A stretch of DNA of 63,048 nucleotides, counting the filler, from Actinomycetota bacterium (lineage in GTDB: Bacteria > Actinomycetota > Acidimicrobiia > IMCC26256 > VFJJ01), in the NCBI GenBank assembly GCA_009886115.1. It is 5 parts of 5 records of this genome, joined end to end, with 100 filler letters (N's around TTAATTAATTAA, not from the genome) between each part and the next. Parts side by side here need not be neighbours in the genome. Positions count along the whole stretch, not along the records: positions 1 to 20,946 come from VFJJ01000078.1; 4 more parts are not named here. One strand, given 5' to 3'. Position 1 is the stretch's first letter, and each line of letters opens with the position of its first letter. A program made the position numbers and the translations under genes. Below are positions 8,494 to 17,318 of this stretch, piece by piece. The notes beneath the pieces are model-generated. The model worked only from the letters and a program-made list of their open reading frames with translations. It was not told the origin of the DNA and made no database searches.

Positions 8494-10026
8494 GTGTGGC
8501 CTATGGGATGGTTCTTCGCGCCAGGCAGCGCGGCTCCGTCGCCGACCGTCCGGGCCCGGGTCGGCGTCGCACCGGCGACCCAACGCGACCCCCGGATCGA
8601 CCCGGTCACGGGCATCCGTCGGAGGATCTACGGCACCGAGGTCGAGTACGGCGTGGGCACCGGCATGTGGTTCGCACCCAGCCCCGAGTCCGTGGGCACC
8701 GAGATCGTCCGCACCATCACCTGCGACGGCACCGACGTGTTCCTCGGTAACGGCGCCCGGTTCTACCGCGACGTCGGCGACCATCCCGAGTACTCGACCC
8801 CCGAATGCTCCACGATCGCCGAGGCCGTCACCTGGGACGCGGCGGGTGAGCGCATCCTGGAATCCGCTCGCATCGGTGCGCTGACCCGGCTCCGCCGCAG
8901 CGACCAGCGGGCCGATCTCAGGGTCTACAAGAACAACGTCGATGCCACCGGGCACACCTACGGCACCCACGAGAACTATCTCGTCGACCGCCAGGTGGAG
9001 ACCGGGGGCCTCTACCACGCGCTGATCCCCTTCCTCGTCTCACGCATCGTCTTCACCGGTGCCGGCCAGGTGGTGGCGCGCTGCATGCGCGACAACAGCG
9101 GTCGTGACGGGTCGCCCTTCGTGATCTCGCCCCGGGCCCATCACCTCGAGGCGACGATCGGCGAGACGACGACGCAGAAACGGGCGCTCGTCAACACGCG
9201 CGACGAGGCCCACGCCGACAAGGAGCGGTTCCGCCGTCTTCATCTCATCTGCGGCGACGCCAACATGTCGAGCTACGCCACCTACCTGAAGTTGGGCTCG
9301 ACCGCCATCGCACTGAGGATCCTCGAGACCGAGCCCGAACTGTGGCCGCAGGTCGAGCTCACCGATCCTCTGGGAGCGATGCAGCGCTGGTCGGCCGATC
9401 CCACGCTCAAGCGGCGCGTCAGGCTCGGCGACGGGCGCCGACCGACCGCCGTTCAGCTCCAAGCGAAGTACCTCGACGCCGCCCTCGCCTTTGCCGAGCG
9501 CCATCAACTCCCAGACGACGAGATCCGGGCGCTGGCCATGTGGACGGAGACCGTCGGCGACCTCCTCGTCGATCCCGAGCGCTGCCACGACCGGGTGGAC
9601 TGGATCGCCAAGGGGCGCCTGGTCCGCGGGTACGCCGACCGCCATGGTGTCGAGCCCGGCGATGATCGGCTCATCGAGATCGACCTGGGCTACCACGAGG
9701 TCGACCCCCGGCGATCGCTCGCCCGCCTGCTCGAGCAGCGAGGCTCCCTGCAGCGGATGGTCGACGACGGCGACGTCGAACGGGCCATCCTGGAACCGCC
9801 ACCCACGACCCGGGCGGCGCTGCGGGCCCGGTTCATCGGCCGGGCCCAGGACCTCAAGGCCAACTACCGGGCGGGATGGACCAGCCTCTCGACGGCCGAC
9901 CGGTACAACTCGCCCGTACGGACGGTGACGGTGCCCGATCCGTTCCGGGTCTCGTGCCCCGAGATCGACCGTCTCTCGGACGAGCTCGTGCCCCGCCCCG
10001 CACTCGTGACGGCCTCCGGCCGCTGA
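8494..10026 (+). CDS. Pup ligase/deamidase family protein, divergent PafA-like (start uncertain)
   Basis: RRIYGTEVEYG, VFLGNGARFYRDVGDHPEYSTPEC, YKNNVD..G..YGTHENY, NTRDEAHAD..RFRRLH..GDANMS, PPPTTRA, C-terminal DPFR. Confidence 0.9.
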   Translation: MWPMGWFFAPGSAAPSPTVRARVGVAPATQRDPRIDPVTGIRRRIYGTEVEYGVGTGMWFAPSPESVGTEIVRTITCDGTDVFLGNGARFYRDVGDHPEYSTPECSTIAEAVTWDAAGERILESARIGALTRLRRSDQRADLRVYKNNVDATGHTYGTHENYLVDRQVETGGLYHALIPFLVSRIVFTGAGQVVARCMRDNSGRDGSPFVISPRAHHLEATIGETTTQKRALVNTRDEAHADKERFRRLHLICGDANMSSYATYLKLGSTAIALRILETEPELWPQVELTDPLGAMQRWSADPTLKRRVRLGDGRRPTAVQLQAKYLDAALAFAERHQLPDDEIRALAMWTETVGDLLVDPERCHDRVDWIAKGRLVRGYADRHGVEPGDDRLIEIDLGYHEVDPRRSLARLLEQRGSLQRMVDDGDVERAILEPPPTTRAALRARFIGRAQDLKANYRAGWTSLSTADRYNSPVRTVTVPDPFRVSCPEIDRLSDELVPRPALVTASGR

Positions 10027-10067
10027 GACCCGGGCGGCGGCGGGTCAGCCAGTAGCCTCTCCCGTTC

Positions 10068-11387
10068 GTGAGCGACCACACCGAAACCGTCGAGCCCGCA
10101 GCGCCCGAGAGCGAGCCCTCGGCGGAGGCGAGCCCTCCGCCCGACCCGGCCCGGCGTCGCGTGGTCCGTCAGATGATCGCCGGCGCCGTGGCCTTGGTGG
10201 TCATCGCCGCCGCTGTGGTGGCAGTGCAGGTCTGGAACGACGACACCGAATCGATCGTGGGGGTCTCGGGCGCGTCGAACGACGGCGCCCAGGTGGGTGA
10301 GCACTTCCACGCGTTCTTCGGGCTGTCGTTCTGCGGGGGTCAGGCCGCGCCGGCGCCGCCGAGCCTCCCCGGGCTCGGCGTCTTCAGCGACGGCCAGGGC
10401 ATCGCCCACATCGCCCCCACCGGGCCCGAGAACGCCGAAGCCAACGCCACCGTCAACCGTCTGCTCGAGCCCTTCGGTCTGGCGCTCACGCCAGAGGGCG
10501 TCTTCAATGCGGCGGAGGGCGTGCTGGGGTTCCCCAATGGTGCCCCCTGTCCCGAACAGACGCCGCTGGCGGGCCAGCCGGCCGAGCTGGCGCTGTCGGT
10601 GAACGGCTCGATCCTGGCCGGTGATCCCGGCACGTACGTCCCCGCCGACAACGACGTGATCTTCGTGTACTACTCGCCGGCGGGCGTCTATCCCACCGGG
10701 GTCGATCTCCTGCCGGTCGACCCGACGACCGGGCTGCCGATCAACCCGCTGGCGTTGCTCGGCACGGTGACCGAACCTCTCGGGTACACCCCTGAGCTGG
10801 CGACGGCCCAGAGCCGGTGCCTCGCCGCACCCGTGCCTGCCCCGCCAACCGGGACTCCCGCGCAGTTCCCAGCCGCACCCGAGCTCACCGTCGAAGCCGA
10901 CATCACCTACACCGCGACCATCACCACCTCGTGCGGCGACGTCGTCGTCGAGCTCGACGCGGCCGCGGCCCCGAACACCGTCAACAGCTTCGTGTTCCTC
11001 GCTCGCGAGGGGTTCTTCGACGGGACGCCCATCCACCGGATCGTGCCCGGGTTCGTGGTCCAGGCCGGCGATCCCACCGGGTCGGGCTCAGGCGGGCCGG
11101 GTTACTCGCTCGCCGACGAGAACCTGGGCGCCAACTTCTCGGAGGGCACGCTGGCGATGGCCAACTCCGGACCCGACACCAGCGGGTCGCAGTTCTTCAT
11201 CGTCTCCGACCCCGCCGGGGCGGAGCAGCTCAACAGCTCGCCGCTGTACTCGATCTTCGGCCAGGTCGTCGAGGGGCTCGACATCGTGCACGCACTCCAG
11301 TCGATCGGGGATCCGTTCGATCAGACCGGTGGCGGGGTACCGCTCGCCCCGGTCTATGTGCTCGAGGTCACCATCACCGAGAGCTGA
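10068..11387 (+). CDS. Membrane-anchored cyclophilin-type PPIase with an extra N-terminal domain
   Basis: TM near N-terminus; APNTVNSF, GFFDGTPIHRIVPGFVVQAGDP, LAMANSGPDTSGSQFFI, YSIFGQVVEG. Confidence 0.9.
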   Translation: MSDHTETVEPAAPESEPSAEASPPPDPARRRVVRQMIAGAVALVVIAAAVVAVQVWNDDTESIVGVSGASNDGAQVGEHFHAFFGLSFCGGQAAPAPPSLPGLGVFSDGQGIAHIAPTGPENAEANATVNRLLEPFGLALTPEGVFNAAEGVLGFPNGAPCPEQTPLAGQPAELALSVNGSILAGDPGTYVPADNDVIFVYYSPAGVYPTGVDLLPVDPTTGLPINPLALLGTVTEPLGYTPELATAQSRCLAAPVPAPPTGTPAQFPAAPELTVEADITYTATITTSCGDVVVELDAAAAPNTVNSFVFLAREGFFDGTPIHRIVPGFVVQAGDPTGSGSGGPGYSLADENLGANFSEGTLAMANSGPDTSGSQFFIVSDPAGAEQLNSSPLYSIFGQVVEGLDIVHALQSIGDPFDQTGGGVPLAPVYVLEVTITES

Positions 11388-12018
11388 CGGTCGTCTCGCT
11401 CTGGACGCCCATGGCCACGAGCCTGAGACACCCGTCGACAACCTCGAAGTGATGGGCGCTGCAGTGCGCCGGGCGGACGGGCGACACCCGGGCGTCGGCG
11501 GTGGCCGCACCCACGGCCACGTTGATGGCCACGTAGTGCGTGACGACGATGGTGTCGCTCGACAGGGCGACGAGCGCCGCCACCACGGCGTCGCGCCAGG
11601 CGCGGACGTCATCGTCGAGCTCGGAAGCGTCCCAGCGGCCGGCCATGACAGCGGCGAGCCACGCGGCTCGGGCATCGGTGTCGTGAACGAGGGCAGCCGG
11701 ACTGGCGATCTCGGCCACGCGGGGCTCGACCCGGGCCAGCACCCTCCGGTGCGATTCCAGGGCGGCAGCGGTTTCACGGGTGCGCCGTAGGGGGCTCGTG
11801 ACGAGCGCAGCCGGGCCGAACGAGTCGAGAGACCGGGCCATGACGCGGGCCTGCTCGTGACCCACGGGGTCGAGCCCGGCGTCGCCGGGGCCATCCGACC
11901 AGTTCGCCGTGGGCTGACCGTGACGCACGAGCACCAGGCGCACGGGCTCGTCAGGCATGCTCGGCCGACCGGGGCCAGGCGCAGGGCCGGAGGCGTCGTC
12001 GGGCGGGCCGTCGCTCAC
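11374..12018 (-). CDS. Histidine phosphatase (PGAM) family protein
   Basis: LVLVRHG, TSPLRRTRETA, VVTH; GTG start overlaps upstream stop. Confidence 0.85.
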   Translation of the reverse strand: MSDGPPDDASGPAPGPGRPSMPDEPVRLVLVRHGQPTANWSDGPGDAGLDPVGHEQARVMARSLDSFGPAALVTSPLRRTRETAAALESHRRVLARVEPRVAEIASPAALVHDTDARAAWLAAVMAGRWDASELDDDVRAWRDAVVAALVALSSDTIVVTHYVAINVAVGAATADARVSPVRPAHCSAHHFEVVDGCLRLVAMGVQSETTVSSR

Positions 12019-13160
12019 CTGACGGCCCCCGCCGCGCGGAGCGCGGCGACCTGTTCGGCAGAGAAGCCCCATTCGCCCAAGGCGGCATCGGTCGACGAGC
12101 CCGGCCATTCGGGAGGACGGGAGACCGCGCCGGGCGTGCGCGAGAACCGCGGCGCCGGAGCCGGCTGCACGATCCCGGCGACCTCCGTGAACGCCTTCCG
12201 GGCCACCATGTGCTCATGCTCGGGGGCCTCGCGCATCGACAGGACCGGCGCGTAGCAGGCGTCGGAGCCGCCGAGGATGGTGTCCCACTCGTCGCGGGTC
12301 TTCGAAGCGAAGATGGTCGTGAGGCGCTCGCGGAGCGCGTCGTTGTCGACGTCGCGCTGGGGGAACCCGGGGTCGTCGGCCACCCCGAGCCGCTGGAGCA
12401 GCTCGGCGTAGAACTGGGGCTCGAGCGAGCCCAGCGACACGTAGCGGCCGTCGGCGGTCTCGTAGGTGTCGTAGTAGGGCATCCCGGTGTCGAGCAGGTT
12501 GACGCCGCGCTCGTCGGTCCAGGCGCCGCTCGGGAGCATCCCGAACATCATCGTGCCGAGCAGCGCGGCGCCCTCGATCATGGCTGCGTCGACCACTTGG
12601 CCCTGCCCCGACGTGCGGGCTTCGAGGATGGCGCTCACGATCCCCAGCGCGAGCAGCAGGCCCCCGCCACCGAAGTCGCCCACCAGGTTCAGCGGCGGGA
12701 CGGGGCGCTCACCGGCGCGGCCGATGGCGTGCAGCATGCCAGAGATGGCGATGTAGTTGATGTCGTGGCCGGCCATCTGCGACATGGGGCCGTCCTGGCC
12801 GAAGCCCGTCATCCGCCCGTAGACCAGGCGGGGGTTGCGGGCCAGGCAAGCGTCGGGACCCAACCCGAGCCGCTCGGTGACCCCGGGGCGGAATCCTTCG
12901 ATGAGCCCGTCGGCCTGCTCGACGAGTCGCAGCACCGTCTCCACGCCGTCGCCGTGCTTGAGGTCGACGCCGATGGAGCGACGGCCTCGGGCCAGCACGT
13001 CGGGGCTCGGTGTGCCGTGGTTCTCGGGGCGGACAGCAGCCGCCCGGTCGACGCGGATCACGTCGGCGCCCAGGTCGGCGAGCATCATGGCGCAGAACGG
13101 ACCCGGACCGATCCCCACCAACTCGACGACCCTCACGCCGGCAAGCGGCCCCTGACCCAT
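12015..13160 (-). CDS. CaiB/BaiF CoA-transferase (alpha-methylacyl-CoA racemase-like)
   Basis: GIGPGPFCAMMLADLGADV, EGFRPGVTERLG, GHDINY, NLVGDFGGG. Confidence 0.92.
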   Translation of the reverse strand: MGQGPLAGVRVVELVGIGPGPFCAMMLADLGADVIRVDRAAAVRPENHGTPSPDVLARGRRSIGVDLKHGDGVETVLRLVEQADGLIEGFRPGVTERLGLGPDACLARNPRLVYGRMTGFGQDGPMSQMAGHDINYIAISGMLHAIGRAGERPVPPLNLVGDFGGGGLLLALGIVSAILEARTSGQGQVVDAAMIEGAALLGTMMFGMLPSGAWTDERGVNLLDTGMPYYDTYETADGRYVSLGSLEPQFYAELLQRLGVADDPGFPQRDVDNDALRERLTTIFASKTRDEWDTILGGSDACYAPVLSMREAPEHEHMVARKAFTEVAGIVQPAPAPRFSRTPGAVSRPPEWPGSSTDAALGEWGFSAEQVAALRAAGAVR

Positions 13161-13282
13161 GACGTCCCCCTATCGCTCTCGTTTCGCGATCGAACCATCG
13201 CTCCGTCGACGATACCGTCGGCCGGGAGGCTGTCTCCGGTCCGCTCCCCGGCCTTCGGAAGCGGCGTGCCAAGCTGTCGAGC

Positions 13283-14083
13283 GTGCGCATCGCGACCTGG
13301 AACGTCAACTCGCTCAACGCCCGGCAAGAGCGGGTCGAGGAATGGCTCGCCTACGCCCGTCCCGACGTGGTGTGCCTGCAGGAGACCAAGCTCCCCGACG
13401 CGAAGTTCCCCCACCTGAGCTTCGGCGCGCTCGGCTACGACTCGGTGCACTTCGGCGAGGGCCGGTGGAACGGCGTGGCGATCCTGTCGCGGGTGGGAAT
13501 CGCCGACGTCACCCGGGGCTTCGGCGACGACGTCGACGATCCCTATCCCGGCGAGGCGCGGCTCATCTCGGCGGTGTGCGGCGGCGTGAAGGTGGCGTCG
13601 GTCTACGTGCCCAACGGTCGTGACCCGGCATCGGAGTTCTACGAGCGCAAGCTGGTGTGGCTCGACTGCCTGACCGAATGGACGGCCCGGGTCGCTGCAC
13701 CCACCGATCGGTTCCTGGTGGCCGGCGACTGGAACGTCGCTCCCGACGACCGCGATGTGTGGAGCGTGGCCAAGATGGCCGGCTCGACACACGTCACGCC
13801 GGCCGAACGCGACCGGCTGGCCCGGCTCCGCGACTGGGGGTTCGCCGACTGCTTTCGCCTCGTGCATCCCGAGGTCGACGGCCTGTACTCGTGGTGGGAC
13901 TACCGGGCCGGCTGCTTCCACAAGGGCGAGGGGCTGCGCATCGACCTGCTCTACGCGACAGAGCCCGTGGCGTCGCAGGTGCGCTGGGCGTGCATGGACC
14001 GCAACGCCCGCAAGGGCTCGCAGCCGTCCGACCACGCCCCGGTGTTCGTCGACCTCGAGATCACCATCGACCTCACCGCCTGA
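13283..14083 (+). CDS. xth: Exodeoxyribonuclease III
   Basis: TWNVNS, CLQETK, NGVAILSR, YVPNG, GDWNVAP, SWWDYR, GLRID, SDHAPV. Confidence 0.95.
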   Translation: MRIATWNVNSLNARQERVEEWLAYARPDVVCLQETKLPDAKFPHLSFGALGYDSVHFGEGRWNGVAILSRVGIADVTRGFGDDVDDPYPGEARLISAVCGGVKVASVYVPNGRDPASEFYERKLVWLDCLTEWTARVAAPTDRFLVAGDWNVAPDDRDVWSVAKMAGSTHVTPAERDRLARLRDWGFADCFRLVHPEVDGLYSWWDYRAGCFHKGEGLRIDLLYATEPVASQVRWACMDRNARKGSQPSDHAPVFVDLEITIDLTA

Positions 14084-14097
14084 CGGGCGGGCGGGTC

Positions 14098-14592
14098 TCA
14101 ATCGCGGAAGTTGATGAACTGCAACGGGATCTCGAAGTCGTGCTCGCGCAGGGCTGCGATGGCCGCCTGGAGATCGTCGCGCTTCTTGCCGCTCACCCGG
14201 AGCTGGTCGCCCTGGATCGACGTCTGCACGCCTTTGAGGTTCAGCGTCTTCATGAACTTCGAGATCTCGCGGGCCTTGTCGTCGGCGATCCCCACGTTCA
14301 GGGTGACCGTCTGACGGACGGTGCCCTTGGAGGCTTCCTCGACCTTGCCTCGCGCCAGGATCTTGAGGGAGATCTTGCGCTTGACGAGCTTCTCCTCGAC
14401 AACGCCAACGAGGGCCTCGAGCTTGTTCTCGGTGTTCGAGTGGAGGCTGATGACCTTCTTCGTGGCATCGAGATCGATCGTGCTCTCGGTGTCCTTGAAG
14501 TCGAAGCGGGTCGTGATCTCCCGTTGGGCCTGATCGACCGCGTTGCGAACTTCCTGCATGTCGACCTCTGAGACCACGTCGAACGTCGGCAC
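14098..14592 (-). CDS. yajQ: YajQ family nucleotide/c-di-GMP-binding protein
   Basis: PTFDVVSEVDMQEVRNAV, RFDFK, IQGDQLRVSGKKRDDLQ, PLQFINFRD. Confidence 0.95.
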   Translation of the reverse strand: MPTFDVVSEVDMQEVRNAVDQAQREITTRFDFKDTESTIDLDATKKVISLHSNTENKLEALVGVVEEKLVKRKISLKILARGKVEEASKGTVRQTVTLNVGIADDKAREISKFMKTLNLKGVQTSIQGDQLRVSGKKRDDLQAAIAALREHDFEIPLQFINFRD

Positions 14593-14594
14593 GA

Positions 14595-16691
14595 TCATCC
14601 CTCCGTGTACCTGGGCGCATCTTCGGGGTCGACTCTAGATGCGCACGGGCGTGGGGCCCGCGCCAAACGGCCGACGGCAACGACGCCGAGCACGAACAGC
14701 GCCACCCCGAGGTCGTCGGCCCACGTGCGCCCGTAACGCAGGGTCACCTCGGTGCCCGCGGGCGTGATCGTCATGAGGTTGCTGGGATCGGGCCGCGGGT
14801 GGGCCCCGGCGGCACCGTCAGCGCTCCAGCTCGACGACCACGACTCGCGCACCGAGATCGTCCGCCCCGGCGTGGTGCCCGACAGGCGGATCCAGTCACG
14901 GCCCCGGGAGATGGTGACCGCCGGATCGTCGACGAGGCCCCAGCCGACGATCTCGTAGATCTGCCAACCGAGCCCGGTGTCAGCGACGAGCCGGAGACCA
15001 CTCGAAGCGTCGGCGGCCTCACGCGCCAGCTCGTTGTAGGCCAGATAGTGCCGAATCCCCAAGTCCCGCATGGCTTCCACGCCCGCCTCGAACTCGGCGA
15101 TCGACCCGTAGTCGAGGCCCCGGATACGCCGGAAGGGCTCGGCCGAGACCTGGGCGATCGTGCGATAGACCGCCGGCGCGCTGAGCGCCGACTCGGCGAA
15201 GAGCCCCTCGGCCGTGGCGATCCGCCCGTCGGTCAGCAGCGGGAGGGCGTCGAGCCCGAAGCGGCTGCCGTAGCGACGGAGGAACGTCCCGTGCTCCCAC
15301 AGGATCCGGGTCGGACCCAACGCGTCGATGGCCGCGACCAGCGCATCATGCTCGGCGCCGGCCGGGCCCAGCGCCTCGGTGCCGCCGAAGTCGTGCGCGA
15401 AGGCCCGCGCTGTCTCGTCGGACCGGTACCAGCCGAGCGCGAGCGTCGTCACGATCGCCCCCGCCATCGCCATGTGCCCCAATGCCCGGACGGCGCGGGC
15501 TGATGGGCGCCCGGCCGTCGAACATCCCCGGGCCTCCGGGGAGCGCGAGGCGAGGCGGGCGATCAGGCTGCCGATCGACCCTGCTGCCGCGAGCCACACC
15601 AGCAACCGGAACACCGGGAGGACCCGGGCGTTCCAGATGGTCGTTCCGGGCATGAGCACGAACACGGCTGCGGCGACGACCGTCCACATACCCAGGATCA
15701 GGATGCCGTCGTGCGGACGGGACTGCACCCGGGACTGCACCCGGGACTGCACCCGGGCGCGTACCGGAGCTCCCAGCCGCATGCGCCGCCGGGCGATCAC
15801 GACCACGGCGGCAGCGAACGTGATCGCAGCTCCGATCGCAGTGGGTGGGGCTCCGACGAGAGCCTGGAGGTGGTCGGTGCGCCGCACCCAGCCCACGTCG
15901 GTGCTCTCGCCCTGGCGGGCCAGCGCCGGGAGCACCCAGATCGAGCCCACGAGCGCGCCCGCAGCGCCGACGCGCCCGACGACCTCAACGGCGACCGTCG
16001 ATCGCCTCACGGCCAGCATTCCCAAGGCGCACAAGGCGATCACCAGGCCGACGACCACGTGTGAGCAGACGGTCGCCGCCAGCAGCACCGCTGCCGCTGC
16101 GCCGCGCGAGCGCCCGTCGACCGCCTTCACCAGCGCGGCGAGTGAGAACAGCCCGAGCGTGAGCGCGATCGAGTAGGCGTACTCCCCCACCGCCAACGAC
16201 GCCAGGTTCCCCCCGAGGATCCGGTTGTCGCCCGTCACGTGGAGGAACGCAACGGCTCCGAGGCCGACCAGGACGGGCGCCGGTCGCGCCAGGCACAGAG
16301 CCCCGGCCAGCCGATGGGCGGCCACGGGCAGCAGGAGCGGCCCCGCGACCACAACGACCTTGAACGCCACGGGATACGGAGCGACGGCATCGACCGCGAC
16401 GACGAACAGCGCGGGGACGGGGAAGTAGAACACGCCGGCGGGGAATCCGGCGTACCAGTCCGGCGACCAACCACTCAGCCGGCCCCGAACCAGGAGTTGC
16501 TGGCGGAGGAAGTCGGGCCACCAGGGATGGGCCGCCAGATCGCCACCGGTCGGCAGGTTGTTGTCGAGGACCAGGCCGACGTGCAGCGTCCGCGCCGTGA
16601 CGATCAGCGCCGCGGCCATCACGGCGAGATCGAGGAGCGTCGAGCGAGCGACGCGCCGTCGCGCCCTCGGCCCGGAGCTGAACCAGGACAC
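14595..16691 (-). CDS. Large multi-TM membrane protein, PTPS-related/GT-C-like; start approximate
   Basis: PTGGDLAAH, GWSPDWYAGFP..FYFP, ILGGNLAS..VGEYAYS, many TM helices. Confidence 0.7.
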   Translation of the reverse strand: MSWFSSGPRARRRVARSTLLDLAVMAAALIVTARTLHVGLVLDNNLPTGGDLAAHPWWPDFLRQQLLVRGRLSGWSPDWYAGFPAGVFYFPVPALFVVAVDAVAPYPVAFKVVVVAGPLLLPVAAHRLAGALCLARPAPVLVGLGAVAFLHVTGDNRILGGNLASLAVGEYAYSIALTLGLFSLAALVKAVDGRSRGAAAAVLLAATVCSHVVVGLVIALCALGMLAVRRSTVAVEVVGRVGAAGALVGSIWVLPALARQGESTDVGWVRRTDHLQALVGAPPTAIGAAITFAAAVVVIARRRMRLGAPVRARVQSRVQSRVQSRPHDGILILGMWTVVAAAVFVLMPGTTIWNARVLPVFRLLVWLAAAGSIGSLIARLASRSPEARGCSTAGRPSARAVRALGHMAMAGAIVTTLALGWYRSDETARAFAHDFGGTEALGPAGAEHDALVAAIDALGPTRILWEHGTFLRRYGSRFGLDALPLLTDGRIATAEGLFAESALSAPAVYRTIAQVSAEPFRRIRGLDYGSIAEFEAGVEAMRDLGIRHYLAYNELAREAADASSGLRLVADTGLGWQIYEIVGWGLVDDPAVTISRGRDWIRLSGTTPGRTISVRESWSSSWSADGAAGAHPRPDPSNLMTITPAGTEVTLRYGRTWADDLGVALFVLGVVAVGRLARAPRPCASRVDPEDAPRYTEG
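15721..15756. repeat. 12-bp tandem repeat x3 (in-frame RVQS)
   Basis: GACTGCACCCGG x3. Confidence 0.85.
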
Positions 16692-16714
16692 GGACCGGGA
16701 CCGGGGTTCGCTCG

Positions 16715-17191
16715 TCAGCTCGGCCAGGCTGCGGGGTCGGCGAAGGGAGATGCCGTGGGCCAGCGGTCGCGGTAGTGGGCGGCCAGCGCCCCGGCGATCG
16801 AGTCGTCGAACGCGCAGCAGGAGATCTGCTGGAGGTTGCCGCGCCGGTTGAACGGTGGCTGCGGCCGCAGCGACTCGGCCATCGTCCCCACGAGGATGGG
16901 CCGTTCGAGCAGGTGGTACTCGACGGGGACGAGCCAGATCCCGCCGGCATCGGTCAACAGATCGGACTCGTACGGCGGCGCGTCGAGCTCCGTGGCGCCT
17001 TCGAGCACCACGCCGACCGCGCGGATGGCCCGACGGGCGACGTGCAGGGTGAGATCGCCGGGCTGCATCTTGGTGAGGGTCGCCCAGTGCCAGGGCACCC
17101 GTCCGGCCGCGTCGAGGCGTCGGGCCGAGACGCACCCGTGCTCGATCTCCTGATCGAGCGTCTGCCCCTGATTGACCCACCAGACCGCCAT
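16715..17191 (-). CDS. Stand-alone EVE/PUA-like domain protein
   Basis: MAVWWVNQGQT..E..G...MQPGD...IRAVGV...WLVPVEYHLLERPI..PFNRRGNLQQ resembles the N-terminal domain of EVE-HNH modification-dependent endonucleases; no HNH present. Confidence 0.65.
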   Translation of the reverse strand: MAVWWVNQGQTLDQEIEHGCVSARRLDAAGRVPWHWATLTKMQPGDLTLHVARRAIRAVGVVLEGATELDAPPYESDLLTDAGGIWLVPVEYHLLERPILVGTMAESLRPQPPFNRRGNLQQISCCAFDDSIAGALAAHYRDRWPTASPFADPAAWPS

Positions 17192-17228
17192 ACCGCCCGT
17201 GATCCTCCCACACCCGGGAGGCCTGGGG

Positions 17229-17258
17229 TCACGGCGGCTCACGGCGGCTCACGGCGGC
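17229..17258. repeat. 10-bp tandem repeat x3 in a divergent intergenic region
   Basis: TCACGGCGGC x3. Confidence 0.85.
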
Positions 17259-17318
17259 TTCCAGCGGCCCCCGAGGCCCGCGTCAGAGATGGTCGGCCCG
17301 GCCTGTCACAATGCTCGG

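Noticed and set aside
7776..10100. A hidden Pup/UBact tag gene near the PafA-like gene
   Set aside because: The intergenic gaps are too short and no ORF ending in GGE/GGQ was seen.
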